Source of the DNA: an uncultured Eubacteriales bacterium
GTDB lineage: Bacteria; Bacillota; Clostridia; Oscillospirales; Oscillospiraceae
Direction: 5' to 3'
NCBI GenBank assembly: GCA_949744165.1
Contig: CATJWG010000174.1
Location: forward strand, 1 to 38,742
Length of the DNA stretch: 38,742 nt
Under the pieces are notes generated by a model. That model worked only from the letters and a program-made list of their open reading frames with translations. It was not told the origin of the DNA and made no database searches. The translations under genes were made by a program, and so were the position numbers. Numbering within the stretch: position 1 is the first letter of the stretch; each line of letters begins with the position of its first letter. Below are positions 1 through 9,035 of this stretch, in pieces.

Positions 1-77
1 AAAATGCCGCAATAAGCTATGCAAAACTGTACCATGAGCTCTTTTTTACCGTCATGTGCCAAAAGGGCAATGTTCAA
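1..77 (-). CDS. mgsA: methylglyoxal synthase, first 25 codons only (gene runs off the left edge)
   Basis: Reverse-strand translation from TTG at 77..75 reads (M)NIALLAHDGKKELMVQFCIAYCGI. This matches the conserved MgsA N-terminus as I recall it (B. subtilis MKIALIAHDKKKQDMVQF). A GGAGG lies upstream (93-97, reverse strand). It is absent from the ORF track because the window edge truncates it. Confidence 0.6.
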   Translation of the reverse strand, partial: MNIALLAHDGKKELMVQFCIAYCGI

Positions 78-154
78 TGCACCACAACCTTTCCTCCGTG
101 TTATCAAATCGCTGGTTAATCCTGTAAAATTCGTATTATACGAGACGCATTCTA

Positions 155-182
155 TGATATACCAATTTTTTGAAAATTGCAA
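155..182 (-). promoter_or_regulatory. candidate SigA-type promoter for mgsA
   Basis: On the reverse strand: TTGCAA (182..177), a 16-nt spacer ending in TGG, then TATATC (160..155), an extended -10-like arrangement. It sits in an AT-rich gap about 80 nt upstream of the mgsA start. Sequence pattern only. Confidence 0.35.
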
Positions 183-293
183 GACGTTTTTTATTCATTT
201 TTCTGCGATTTCACAGGATATTTCCAAGAATAATATTTAAATTGCCAATATCAAACATCAAATCGCAAGCCGTGAAACGCCCTTTAATTTGAT

Positions 294-2420
294 TCACCTG
301 AGCAGCTGGTTCTCTCCCTCAAGGGCCACAGTGCTGTCAACAAAGCTGAAGTAATAGTCAAGCACCTGGCGTGCTATCTCGGCGGTGGTCGCGCCCGCGC
401 CGACCTTTTCCACGGCGACGGCGACAGCTATCTGTGGATTCTCATAGGGAGCGTAGCAGATGAAAAAGCCGTTGTTGGCGCGGTTTTCACCGCGCTGCGC
501 CGTACCGGTCTTGGCAGCGGCGGTGTAGGTAGCGCCGGCAAAAACCGCGCATACGGAACCGGCCATCGGGTCAGTCACAACACCGTGCATTCCCTGGTGT
601 ATTGCCTCATAGTAGCTTGGGTCTGCCTCAACGCTGGAAAGCAGCTCGGGCGTGCGCTCATAGATAGTCTCGGAATAGTCAAAGCTGCGCACGGATTTGA
701 GCATGGAGGCACTGTAGCGGTAGCCGTTGTTGGCTATGGCGGCACAGTACTCGGCCATTTGCAGGGTGTTGAACTCACTGAACGACTGGCCTATACCGGC
801 GGCCAGTGTGTCGCCGGCGTACATGTCGCGTCCGAAATGCTCCTGGGTGTATTGGTCGGTGGACATCTGACCGATGTCCTCGGGCAGCTCAATGCCCGTG
901 GGTTCGCCTAATCCGTAGGCCTTGGCGTATTTGGCCATAAGGCTTATTTGCAGGTAGTCTGCTATGGTATAGAAATAATAGTTGCACGAGAGCGTAAGCG
1001 ACTCGGACAGCGTCAGCTCACCGTGAAGCCCCTGTCCCCAAATCCAGCAGGTCGGCGCGTAGCCCGCATCCTCATACTTACGGAATTTACCCTCGCACTC
1101 AATGGTAGTGAGCGTATCCGTCTTTCCCTCGCACAGCGCCGCCATGGCCGTCACGGGTTTGAATGTTGAGCCGGGAGCATAGGTGCCGTTGAGCGCACGG
1201 TTGAAAAGCGGATTGCTCTCGTCCGTACTTATCTCCGACCAGTCCTGGATGATTCTCGACACGTCATAGGTCGGCCAACTGGCTATGGCCAGCGGCTCGC
1301 CCGTTGCTATGTCAACGGCCACAACCGCTCCGCCGGTTATGAGCTCCTGAATCTTATCATGCTCACCGTCGTTGCTCACGCCGTACATCTCGACCTCCTC
1401 ATTGGCCTGTTCACGCTCAAGGTTGGTGTTGACAATGAAGGAGCTCAGCGCGTTTTCCGCCGCCTCCTGAAGGCCAATGTCTATGGTCAGGTAAACATTG
1501 TTTCCGGGTTCGGGCTCTTTTGTGTAGATGGTTCTGGTTGTCACCCCGGTGGAGGTTCGCGTTACCTTCGCCTCGCCGTCCACGCCGTGGAGATATTCCT
1601 CAAAGGCATACTCCGCACCATCCTTGCCCACGCGGGCATTGAGCGGATAGCCCTTTTTGGAATAGAATTTGTACTCATCGTCACTCATGACGTTGGTATA
1701 GCCGAGAATATGCGCGGCATAGTTGGTGTTGTACTCGCGCACATATGAGGTTGTAACCTCAAAGCCGGGGATATCGCTTTCCAGCAGGCGGGTTATAAGC
1801 TCCATGGACACGTCCTCGGCAAAGACATAATCTGAGGTGTTTATGTTATAGCGCACGTTGACTTCGTAGCGGATACCAGCGATGGTACGAGCGTCCCTGC
1901 CGGAGTAATTGTTGTCTATTTTATAGCGCGCACGCATGGCGGCCATGACCTCGACAGCAGTGGAATTACGGTTTACGCCGTACCTGTCTTCATTCGCGTC
2001 AAGCCAGGCGTTGAGCCGCTCGCGCTGGACTGAGGTCATGGCAGTGAACTCAAAAGGAGCCTCCTTAGTTATGGGCAGCTCGTCGATGTACTCGTCGCCG
2101 TACTCTTCTATCAGGCCGCACAGCTCAAGAATTATCGCGTTGGACTCCTCGTCTGTGCGGTCATACAAAAGCTCCTGCACATTTATAAGCAAGTTGTTGC
2201 AGGTGCGGTTTGTCACAAGCGTGCGGCCGTAGCGGTCGAGTATGCTGCCGCGGGCGGCTGAAACTGTCACGTCAGTGGTGTTGCTGTTAAGGCTTTCCTC
2301 ATAATAGGCCGCTCCGTCAATTATTTGCAGCTTGTACAGCGCGATGAGGTATATCACCACGAGCACTGTGATAAGTATAAACATAAAGGCAAGGCGCGCG
2401 GGTTTTATGAGTTTTTCCAT
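294..2420 (-). CDS. mrdA: penicillin-binding protein 2 (class B elongation transpeptidase)
   Basis: 708-aa ORF with an N-terminal TM helix. Transpeptidase motifs are present: SxxK (GSTFKPVTA), SxN (SCNYYF) and KTG (AKTGTAQ). AGGAGGG lies upstream of the ATG. It sits directly downstream of mreC-mreD. Confidence 0.9.
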   Translation of the reverse strand: MEKLIKPARLAFMFILITVLVVIYLIALYKLQIIDGAAYYEESLNSNTTDVTVSAARGSILDRYGRTLVTNRTCNNLLINVQELLYDRTDEESNAIILELCGLIEEYGDEYIDELPITKEAPFEFTAMTSVQRERLNAWLDANEDRYGVNRNSTAVEVMAAMRARYKIDNNYSGRDARTIAGIRYEVNVRYNINTSDYVFAEDVSMELITRLLESDIPGFEVTTSYVREYNTNYAAHILGYTNVMSDDEYKFYSKKGYPLNARVGKDGAEYAFEEYLHGVDGEAKVTRTSTGVTTRTIYTKEPEPGNNVYLTIDIGLQEAAENALSSFIVNTNLEREQANEEVEMYGVSNDGEHDKIQELITGGAVVAVDIATGEPLAIASWPTYDVSRIIQDWSEISTDESNPLFNRALNGTYAPGSTFKPVTAMAALCEGKTDTLTTIECEGKFRKYEDAGYAPTCWIWGQGLHGELTLSESLTLSCNYYFYTIADYLQISLMAKYAKAYGLGEPTGIELPEDIGQMSTDQYTQEHFGRDMYAGDTLAAGIGQSFSEFNTLQMAEYCAAIANNGYRYSASMLKSVRSFDYSETIYERTPELLSSVEADPSYYEAIHQGMHGVVTDPMAGSVCAVFAGATYTAAAKTGTAQRGENRANNGFFICYAPYENPQIAVAVAVEKVGAGATTAEIARQVLDYYFSFVDSTVALEGENQLLR

Positions 2421-2494
2421 GTGTTTGCCCTCCTTTCCCCGGAAATATGTGGTTTTGCTTTTATTCTGTCAATTTTTTGTATCTGATTTGCGTC

Positions 2495-3013
2495 CTATTC
2501 CTTGAGCTTGCGTCCGGCTATCACGCGGCAGACGAAGTACGACGGCACGGCTAAGGGGAGGGACCAGGCCGCCTGAAGCCCAGCTGTACGCAGCAGCGCA
2601 AGCGGCGCCGCGCCGTGGTATACCCACACCGGAACCGCCTGGCACACCGCCGCGAGAAGCAGCGCCAGCGCAGCGGCTATCATATAAGAGTAAAACCGGC
2701 GGTTTATAAGGACCTCGCACACCAGGCCCGCCAGAAACCCGAGCACGGCGAAGCTTATCGTAAACAGCACGGTTGTGCCAGAGCTTGACATATCGCACAT
2801 AAGTCCTGCGAGCACGCCGAACAGGCCACCCCACAGTCCTCCCTCAAAAAGTCCTATTGCAGCAATAAACGCCGGCACAGGCATGGCCCTGACTCCAAGA
2901 GGGCTTATACGCGAGAGCAGAGTTTCCTGAATATAGAGCATGACGACAAGACAGGCAATGTATAACAACGCCCTCCGTATTTTTTTCAGGTCAATAAGGT
3001 CGTAAATTATCAT
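2495..3013 (-). CDS. mreD: rod shape-determining protein MreD
   Basis: 172-aa polytopic hydrophobic protein located between mreC and PBP2. Its size and position are typical of MreD. Confidence 0.75.
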   Translation of the reverse strand: MIIYDLIDLKKIRRALLYIACLVVMLYIQETLLSRISPLGVRAMPVPAFIAAIGLFEGGLWGGLFGVLAGLMCDMSSSGTTVLFTISFAVLGFLAGLVCEVLINRRFYSYMIAAALALLLAAVCQAVPVWVYHGAAPLALLRTAGLQAAWSLPLAVPSYFVCRVIAGRKLKE

Positions 3014-3019
3014 AGATTA

Positions 3020-3913
3020 TTACTCCACTATTTTATAATCCTTTATGACGAACACCTGACTGAGCGTACTTAAATCGCAGGCGGGGTCAATTACGCCGTA
3101 AGTGGTTTGGCCGCCGGCTTCGCTCATTATGGCGCTCACCTCGCCTATGATAAGCCCCGGGGGAAAGCTTCCGCCGGCGCCGGAGGTCAGCACCTCGTCG
3201 CCCTGGAAGATCTGGGATCCGGAGGAGAGATAGGTCACACGCGTCTGTCCCTGCTGCATAAGCGTGAACTCGCCCACAACCATGCCGGAGCTTCCCATCT
3301 CGCCTATGAGTGCACCGACATTGGTATTTACGTCTATAAGCGTGCGCACCGTAGCCCAGGAGGTGCCCAGCTCCGTTACCTGGCCGACGAGCGCGCCGTA
3401 CTCAGTCACGACGCTGTCGCCAAGCTCGATGCCCTGGTCGGAGCCCTTGCTTATATTGAAAGCGGAGGCATAGTTAGAGCTGTCCCAGGAAACTATCTTG
3501 GCGGACTCATACGTGAAGTCCTCATGCTTTTCGCGCAGGTTCTGAAGCTGGCGCAGGCGCTCGTTTTCGGCGGCTATCTCGTCATAGTCGCGCGCTCGCT
3601 CCTGAAGCTCCGCTATCTGAGCGCGCAGGGAATTATTCTCCTCAACCAGACGGTCGTACTGATATACATAGCCGTAAATGCTCTCCATCCAGTCAATAAG
3701 CGCGGTCGCCGCTTTCTGCACGGGTATTTTCAGCGAGCCCGCACCGTCGGTCAGCGGTCCGGCCAAGCCACTGCGTATGCCAGTGCCGATAAGCACGCCG
3801 AGCACGGCAACAAACAGCACTGCCGCCACCTTCACGCCGTATCGCAGTAAATACCGTTTAACCTTCAAAGTAAATTCACACCCAATGTTTTCAGGATAAG
3901 TCCTAACCTGCAC
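3020..3913 (-). CDS. mreC: rod shape-determining protein MreC
   Basis: It has an N-terminal TM helix, a coiled coil (LVEENNSLRAQIAELQERARDYDEIAAENERLRQLQNL) and Gly-rich beta domains (GLIIGEV). The start is uncertain. The longest ORF (GTG at 3913) overlaps maf by 49 nt; a TTG at 3868 overlapping the maf stop (TTGA) is a plausible alternative. Confidence 0.88.
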   Translation of the reverse strand: MQVRTYPENIGCEFTLKVKRYLLRYGVKVAAVLFVAVLGVLIGTGIRSGLAGPLTDGAGSLKIPVQKAATALIDWMESIYGYVYQYDRLVEENNSLRAQIAELQERARDYDEIAAENERLRQLQNLREKHEDFTYESAKIVSWDSSNYASAFNISKGSDQGIELGDSVVTEYGALVGQVTELGTSWATVRTLIDVNTNVGALIGEMGSSGMVVGEFTLMQQGQTRVTYLSSGSQIFQGDEVLTSGAGGSFPPGLIIGEVSAIMSEAGGQTTYGVIDPACDLSTLSQVFVIKDYKIVE

Positions 3914-4434
3914 AGCGGCAAGCCCATTACGTTGAAGAAATCGCCCTCAATCCCATCGATAAACAGGCTGGCAAGGCCCTGTATGCCATAGGCGCCCGCC
4001 TTGTCCAGCGGCTCGCCTGTTGCAACATAGGCCCTGGTCTCTTCCTCGCTTATCTCGCGGAAATGCACAAGCGTGCGCTCAACAAAGCTTTGAGCCGCGC
4101 CGTTTTTAATCACTGTGACTCCCGTGAACACCTCGTGCGCGCGGCCTGACAGCATTGTGAGCATACGCGTAGCGTCTTTTTCATTTAGCGGCTTACCGAG
4201 CACCGCGCCGTCCACGGACACAACCGTGTCCGCGCCTATAACCACCGCGTCAGGATTATTTTCTGCCACCTCCGCGGCCTTGGCTCGGGCAAGCTCGCGC
4301 ACAAGCTCTGCCGGAGACAGCTCCGGATGGAGCTGCTCCTGCGCTCTGGCCGGGATTATCTCCAGCCGCCTGACATTCAGCATCTCCAGCAGCTCACGCC
4401 GCCGTGGAGACGCTGAGGCAAGTATTATTCTCAT
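3865..4434 (-). CDS. maf: Maf-family nucleoside triphosphate pyrophosphatase (septum formation protein)
   Basis: 189 aa. It has the MRIILASASPRRRELL N-terminus, and GADTVV and AGAYGIQG motifs characteristic of Maf/YhdE. Confidence 0.9.
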   Translation of the reverse strand: MRIILASASPRRRELLEMLNVRRLEIIPARAQEQLHPELSPAELVRELARAKAAEVAENNPDAVVIGADTVVSVDGAVLGKPLNEKDATRMLTMLSGRAHEVFTGVTVIKNGAAQSFVERTLVHFREISEEETRAYVATGEPLDKAGAYGIQGLASLFIDGIEGDFFNVMGLPLCRLGLILKTLGVNLL

Positions 4435-4454
4435 TTTGATTTACCTCTCTGTAC

Positions 4455-4565
4455 CTTTCTGAGCGCAGACGCGCTCCCAAATATTATGGCCTCACAGCCT
4501 CGCAGAGTTCGCGCCCGCACCACGAGGGTACTTTGCCGCCGCCTTTGGCGGCTCGGGCGCAGGCC
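4455..4565 (+). repeat. partial copy of the modular intergenic hairpin repeat (copy A)
   Basis: CAGCCTCGCAGAGTTCGCGCCCGCA (4495-4519) matches AGCTTCTCAGAGTTTGCGCCCGCA at 17504-17527 and CAGCCTCGCAGA at 6684-6695. It contains nested GC hairpins (GCGCCCG...CGGGCGC, GCCGCC..GGCGGC). Confidence 0.55.
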
Positions 4566-4575
4566 ATTAAGCTGA

Positions 4576-6660
4576 CTACTCCACGCCCCGATAGTAAAGA
4601 CCTCTCGTAAGTCCGTTGGGGCTGTATTTCGTCTGACCCATGTAAGTCTTTGTCACAAGCGCGCACTCCCTCGGGCTTTCTCCGGTGAAGCACAGGCGCA
4701 GCGCCCACAGTCCGGCGTCGGACAGCTCGTCCATTTTGTCGGCCAAAAACAGCTTGTGGGCATTGTATATCACATTTCTGCATCCAAATTCCTTCATAAC
4801 CGGAAAAACCGAGCCCATTCTGTCGGACATGGATGCCGGATTCTGGCAGGCACAGCCGCCGGCGGACTGCTTGATTATACATTGGTCCGTGACCATCAGA
4901 GGCAGACGGCCGTAGGCGATAAGCTCCATGTCCAGACTCTTGGTCATGTCCCGAATCTGCGTAAGGCGCAGCTCAAACGAAGCCGTGGCCGAGACAAGCC
5001 CCGCTTTTTTTAGTGTTTCCAAAGTATATGAATTGAAAACATTCAGGCCGAAATCCCCGCGAATTTCAAAGCCGCACTGCCGGGCCAGCGCAATATGGCC
5101 CAAATTGCCGACGAGCGCGTATTTTACACCACGCTCACGCACCTTGTCAAGCATGGAGCGCACAGCGTCGGTCTCCGTGTCGGTTATCACACGGGGCAGC
5201 ACGGCGGCTATTTTGACGTTTTTGCCGATAAACGGGTCCACGGCGTCAAAGCGCTCGCACAGAAGCTGTATTGGGACATACAGCGTGTCGGGCGCAAGCT
5301 CGGCAAGCTCGGGCGTGAGCTGCTCGGCGGCGAGGACCTGAATATTTACAACCGGCCGGCGCCGCGCCGCGGTCTTTGACGTCAGGCGCGGGAAATTGCC
5401 GTATTTACGCGGGGGAACCTCGGCGCGCTTTTGCGTAAGCTGCTCAAGGGCGTGGCGGCGCAGGTCGTTCAGCGCTGCGGCTGTGAGAAAAAGTCCGGGC
5501 TCGACGGAGGTTTTGACCTCACGGCAGCGGTACGGCGTGCCGCCGGTCTTGTACATCTGGTCGGAGACGTTCTTGTCCGTAAGCTGAGTTCGCTGCGCGC
5601 TCTCGGGCACGGGGCCGCGGGAGATGGCGCGATTTCCGGAGCCGTCCTGCACCATGAGGCTTACCGGCTCGTTCGGACGGACCACAACGTAAAAATCTAC
5701 CGGCACGCGGCGCGCCTCCGGGCCTGAATAGCCGCGGCGCACCTCGGCATAGAGCTTGTTTATCTCCCTGTCCGGCTCGGTGTGTACGCCGTGCATATTT
5801 TCCTTGACCCCCGTGAAGTAGCCGTCTGTAAACCCCTGGCGGGGGAAAATCTGCTCAAGGCGCTCAAGCTCCTTGTCCGTGGGCGGCACGCCGTCATGGA
5901 TAGCCTTGGCGTAAATCTCCGTGGCGACGGCGGTATACTCCGGCCGCCTCATGCGTCCTTCTATTTTTACGCAGGCGACTCCCGCATCCTCCAGCTTAGC
6001 CAGATGCTCGACAAGGCAGGCGTCTTTAAGGCTCATGGGGTAGCCGTCCATGCGCCGGCCCATATTGTACTCCATGCGGCAGGGCTGGGCGCACATGCCG
6101 CGGTTTCCGCTGCGGCGGCCGATAACCGAGGACATGTAGCACTGTCCGCTGTGGCAGAAGCACAGCGCGCCGTGGACAAACACCTCAATCTCCACCGGCG
6201 AGCGGGCGGCAATGAATTTTATCTGCTCATAGCTGAGCTCGCGCGCGAGCACCACTCGCTTGAGGCCGAGCTCCGCCGCGGCGTACACTCCGGCCAGATT
6301 GTGTACGCTCATCTGAGTGCTGGCGTGCAGCGTAAGCTCCGGGCAGACGGAGCGCAGCACGCGCGCCACGCCGAGATCCTGTACCAGCACGGCGTCCGCG
6401 CCAGCTTCGCACACGAACTGGGCCATGCGCGCGGCTCGCTCAAGCTCGCGGTCGGAAACCAGTGTATTGAGCGTCACGTACAGCTTGCAGCCGCGCACGC
6501 GGCAATACTGCGCCGTTGTGCGGAACTCCTCCTGTGTGAAATTTTTCGCGCCGCGGCGGGCGTTGAAGCCGCCAAGGCCGAGATATATCGCATCCGCACC
6601 GGACTGCACCGCGGCCACAACCGCCTCCGGACTTCCGGCGGGAGATAAAAGTTCAAGCAT
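4576..6660 (-). CDS. U32-family peptidase, long form with C-terminal extension
   Basis: The N-terminus MLELLSPAGSPEAVVAAVQSGADAIYLG and the ELTLHASTQM and E..VHGALC.C.SGQCY blocks are typical of peptidase U32 (collagenase-like/RlhA-TrhP family). The start is taken at ATG 6660, which has GGTGG 6 nt upstream. The track's GTG at 6669 adds 3 codons. Confidence 0.85.
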   Translation of the reverse strand: MLELLSPAGSPEAVVAAVQSGADAIYLGLGGFNARRGAKNFTQEEFRTTAQYCRVRGCKLYVTLNTLVSDRELERAARMAQFVCEAGADAVLVQDLGVARVLRSVCPELTLHASTQMSVHNLAGVYAAAELGLKRVVLARELSYEQIKFIAARSPVEIEVFVHGALCFCHSGQCYMSSVIGRRSGNRGMCAQPCRMEYNMGRRMDGYPMSLKDACLVEHLAKLEDAGVACVKIEGRMRRPEYTAVATEIYAKAIHDGVPPTDKELERLEQIFPRQGFTDGYFTGVKENMHGVHTEPDREINKLYAEVRRGYSGPEARRVPVDFYVVVRPNEPVSLMVQDGSGNRAISRGPVPESAQRTQLTDKNVSDQMYKTGGTPYRCREVKTSVEPGLFLTAAALNDLRRHALEQLTQKRAEVPPRKYGNFPRLTSKTAARRRPVVNIQVLAAEQLTPELAELAPDTLYVPIQLLCERFDAVDPFIGKNVKIAAVLPRVITDTETDAVRSMLDKVRERGVKYALVGNLGHIALARQCGFEIRGDFGLNVFNSYTLETLKKAGLVSATASFELRLTQIRDMTKSLDMELIAYGRLPLMVTDQCIIKQSAGGCACQNPASMSDRMGSVFPVMKEFGCRNVIYNAHKLFLADKMDELSDAGLWALRLCFTGESPRECALVTKTYMGQTKYSPNGLTRGLYYRGVE

Positions 6661-6671
6661 AAAAACCACCT

Positions 6672-6937
6672 AAAACGAAGCGTCAGCCTCGCAGATATTC
6701 AGAATGTCAGCGGACTTGCCGCTTACAAATTCTTTACGCGGAACTTTCGCGGCGGCAAAGCGCCCATAGGGTGCACGCCGCGAATAAATTTCAACCGTTT
6801 TTGTCAGTACGCCCCTCAGGGGACCTTTCTTGCCCTCACAGGGCAATTTGCCTTGTGTGCCTGAAAAAATACTCTGTGCACGGAGCACAGCGAAGCTTTA
6901 TCAAGTTGTACGCAGCTTTGCGGCGCACAACTTGAAT
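6672..6937 (+). repeat. modular intergenic hairpin repeat (copy B, with internal insertion)
   Basis: CGTTTTTGTCAG (6796-6807) and AAAAAATACTCTGTGCACGGAGCACAGCGAAGCT (6864-6897) align with the reverse complement of 35891-35952 and with 17572-17605. There are several perfect stems (TTGCCCT/AGGGCAA, CAAGTTGT/ACAACTTG). Confidence 0.6.
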
Positions 6938-7066
6938 ATCGTTAAATTATACCATGGAACAGGGCCTTGATTCAAGCGGTAATTGATGATATAATGACAG
7001 AATATCAAAAAACTGTATCATTTTACTTACGATAACGGCCCTCGGGCCATACATACAGACAGACAT

Positions 7067-8011
7067 ATGAACGACACGACAAACAAAAGCGAAAATACGC
7101 TCCCGCTCACCGTGGGGGCCGCGGACAGGCTGCTCGCCTGCGCAGATGGGAAAAGCGCGCTGCTTTACCTGCATATCCTGCGCTGCGGCGGCTTTTCCGC
7201 CTCCCGCGCGGCCAGGGACCTGCGCTGTACACCTGACGAGATATCCCGCGCGGCGGACAACCTGCGCCGGCTCGGGCTGGTTTCCTCGCCTGAGGAGCCG
7301 TTGCCGAGCGAGGAGCTGCCCGAATACACGGGACGCGACATTGCCGAGCGGGCAAAGACAGACAGCGCCTTTGAGGGCGTTATATTCGAGGCCCAGCGCG
7401 CGCTGGGCAAAATGCTCAGCACAAACGACATGCGCATACTCTTCGGAATTTACGACCACCTCGGCCTGCCTGCGGAGCTTATATGCCTGCTGATAAACCA
7501 CTGCATAGAGGCCTACAGGCACGCCAACGGCGACGGCAGGATGCCCACCATGAGGTATATTGAAAAAGAGGCCTGGTTCTGGGTCCGCTCAGAGGTAACC
7601 ACGATGGAGGCGGCAGAGGAGCACATGCGCCGCGAAAAGCGGTCCCTGCAGCTGACCGAGCAGGTCAGGGAGGTTTTGCAGATACACTCCCGATCGCTGA
7701 CCGCGACGGAGAAAAAGTATGTTGACGGATGGCTGGAGCTGGGCTTTTCGCCGGAGGCTATCGCAGTGGCTTACGACCGCACCGTTGTCGGCACGGGGAA
7801 GCTGACCTGGAAATACATGGACAGGATTCTGCGCGACTGGCACGAAAAGGGTCTGTTTACACCCGAGCAGATTGAGCAGGGGGACGCGCGGCACGCTCCG
7901 GCGGCCGCCCGAGCCGCGGCAAAGGCTCCGGCGGCCGCGCAGGACGCCGCGGTCCGCGGCGAGCTGGAAAACATGCGCCGGATGTATGAGAGCATGAGAA
8001 AGGGAAGGTGA
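7067..8011 (+). CDS. DnaD-domain replication initiation/primosome protein (DnaB/DnaD-like)
   Basis: 314 aa. The N-terminal winged-helix-like region and the DnaD-type repeats (MRILFGIYDHLGLPAELICLLINHC; YVDGWLELGFSPEAIAVAYDRT; ILRDWHEKG) support the call. An AAA+ loader gene follows 4 nt downstream. Confidence 0.7.
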   Translation: MNDTTNKSENTLPLTVGAADRLLACADGKSALLYLHILRCGGFSASRAARDLRCTPDEISRAADNLRRLGLVSSPEEPLPSEELPEYTGRDIAERAKTDSAFEGVIFEAQRALGKMLSTNDMRILFGIYDHLGLPAELICLLINHCIEAYRHANGDGRMPTMRYIEKEAWFWVRSEVTTMEAAEEHMRREKRSLQLTEQVREVLQIHSRSLTATEKKYVDGWLELGFSPEAIAVAYDRTVVGTGKLTWKYMDRILRDWHEKGLFTPEQIEQGDARHAPAAARAAAKAPAAAQDAAVRGELENMRRMYESMRKGR

Positions 8012-8015
8012 GGCA

Positions 8016-9026
8016 ATGGCGCTCGACGGAAAGCTGCTTGCCCGCTCGCGCGAGCGGCTGGCACAGATAAGGGCGGACAACGAGCTCGAGCAAAAGCGCC
8101 GCCAGGCGCGCGCCTACGCCGAAATTCCGCGTCTTCGCGAGATTGACGTGCGCCTGCGCCGCCTGCTCGGCGAGGTGATTGGCCTGACGCTCCGGCGCGA
8201 CGAGACGGCGGCGGCCACGCTTGATGGGATTCAGGCCCAGAGCGAGGCGCTGCAGCGGGAGAAAGCCGAGCTGCTGTCCGCGCACGGATTGCCCGCGGAC
8301 TGCCTGGACGAAATATACTCCTGTCCCAAGTGCCGCGACCGCGGCTTCGGCGCGGACGGACTTCCGTGCTCCTGCCTGCTGGAGCTCTACCGGCGCGAAC
8401 AAGCGCGGGAGCTGTCCTCTCTGCTGAAATTAGGCGCGGACGATTTTGCGCAATTCGACCTGAATTACTACTCCGCCGCGGTTGACCCGCGCTATGGCAT
8501 GTCCCCGCGCGAGGCGATGAGCATGGTGCTGAGCGCCTGCCGGCAGTATGCGGACGATTTCGGCGACGGCTCGCGCAGTCTGCTGCTGCGGGGCGGCACG
8601 GGGCTGGGCAAGACCTTCCTGTCCGCGTGCATAGCCCGGCAAGCCGCAAGCCGCGGCTTCTCCGTGGTTTATGAAACTGCGGTCGCCGCCTTTGAGGCTT
8701 TTGAGATAAGCAAGTTTCACCGCGACGGCCCCGGCGGCGACGCTGCGGCGGAGAAATGCGCAAGGATACTGTCCTGCGAGCTGATGATTCTCGACGATCT
8801 CGGCACGGAGATGACCACGCAGTTTACGCAAAGCGCGCTTTATACCATAGTCAACACCCGCCTTTGCGACTCGCGCCCGACGATAATCAGCACCAACCTC
8901 TCCGCTGAGGAGATATCGGCACGCTACAGCGCGCAGATTGTCTCGCGGATTGACGGGGAGTACGATACACTGCTGTTTTTAGGGCGGGATGTGAGAGCGG
9001 TGAAGAAAGAGCTACGGTATCAATAA
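8016..9026 (+). CDS. DnaC/DnaI-family replicative helicase loader ATPase
   Basis: Walker A is GGTGLGKTFL and Walker B is LMILDDLGTE. There is an N-terminal Cys cluster (CPKCRDRGF...CSC), as in DnaI. It is paired with the DnaD-like gene. Confidence 0.8.
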   Translation: MALDGKLLARSRERLAQIRADNELEQKRRQARAYAEIPRLREIDVRLRRLLGEVIGLTLRRDETAAATLDGIQAQSEALQREKAELLSAHGLPADCLDEIYSCPKCRDRGFGADGLPCSCLLELYRREQARELSSLLKLGADDFAQFDLNYYSAAVDPRYGMSPREAMSMVLSACRQYADDFGDGSRSLLLRGGTGLGKTFLSACIARQAASRGFSVVYETAVAAFEAFEISKFHRDGPGGDAAAEKCARILSCELMILDDLGTEMTTQFTQSALYTIVNTRLCDSRPTIISTNLSAEEISARYSAQIVSRIDGEYDTLLFLGRDVRAVKKELRYQ

Positions 9027-9035
9027 GCGCGGAGC

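Noticed and set aside
19-240. 73-aa plus-strand ORF in the AT-rich left end
   Set aside because: It overlaps the mgsA start and its likely promoter on the other strand. It has no RBS and odd composition, so the region is treated as intergenic.
5782-6648. 288-aa plus-strand ORF and neighbours (4928-5341, 5095-5379, 5431-5727, 6317-6673)
   Set aside because: They lie entirely inside, and antisense to, the U32 peptidase gene. Composition is low-complexity Ala/Arg/Gly with no RBS or motifs.
6670-6888. Small ORFs lying in the repeat elements (6670-6888 minus, 17284-17673 and 17499-17774 minus, 35824-36117 plus, 4484-4882 minus)
   Set aside because: They coincide with the structured intergenic repeats or with gene ends, and they lack RBSs. 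Different copies of the repeat do not preserve a reading frame, so the repeat rather than a protein explains the conservation.
7771-8763. 330-aa ORF (minus strand) plus several nested ORFs (7589-8080, 7857-8402, 8430-8831)
   Set aside because: They are antisense to the well-supported DnaD-like and loader genes. Their translations are Arg/Pro/Ala/Gly-rich with no recognisable motifs, as expected for shadow ORFs in GC-rich coding DNA.
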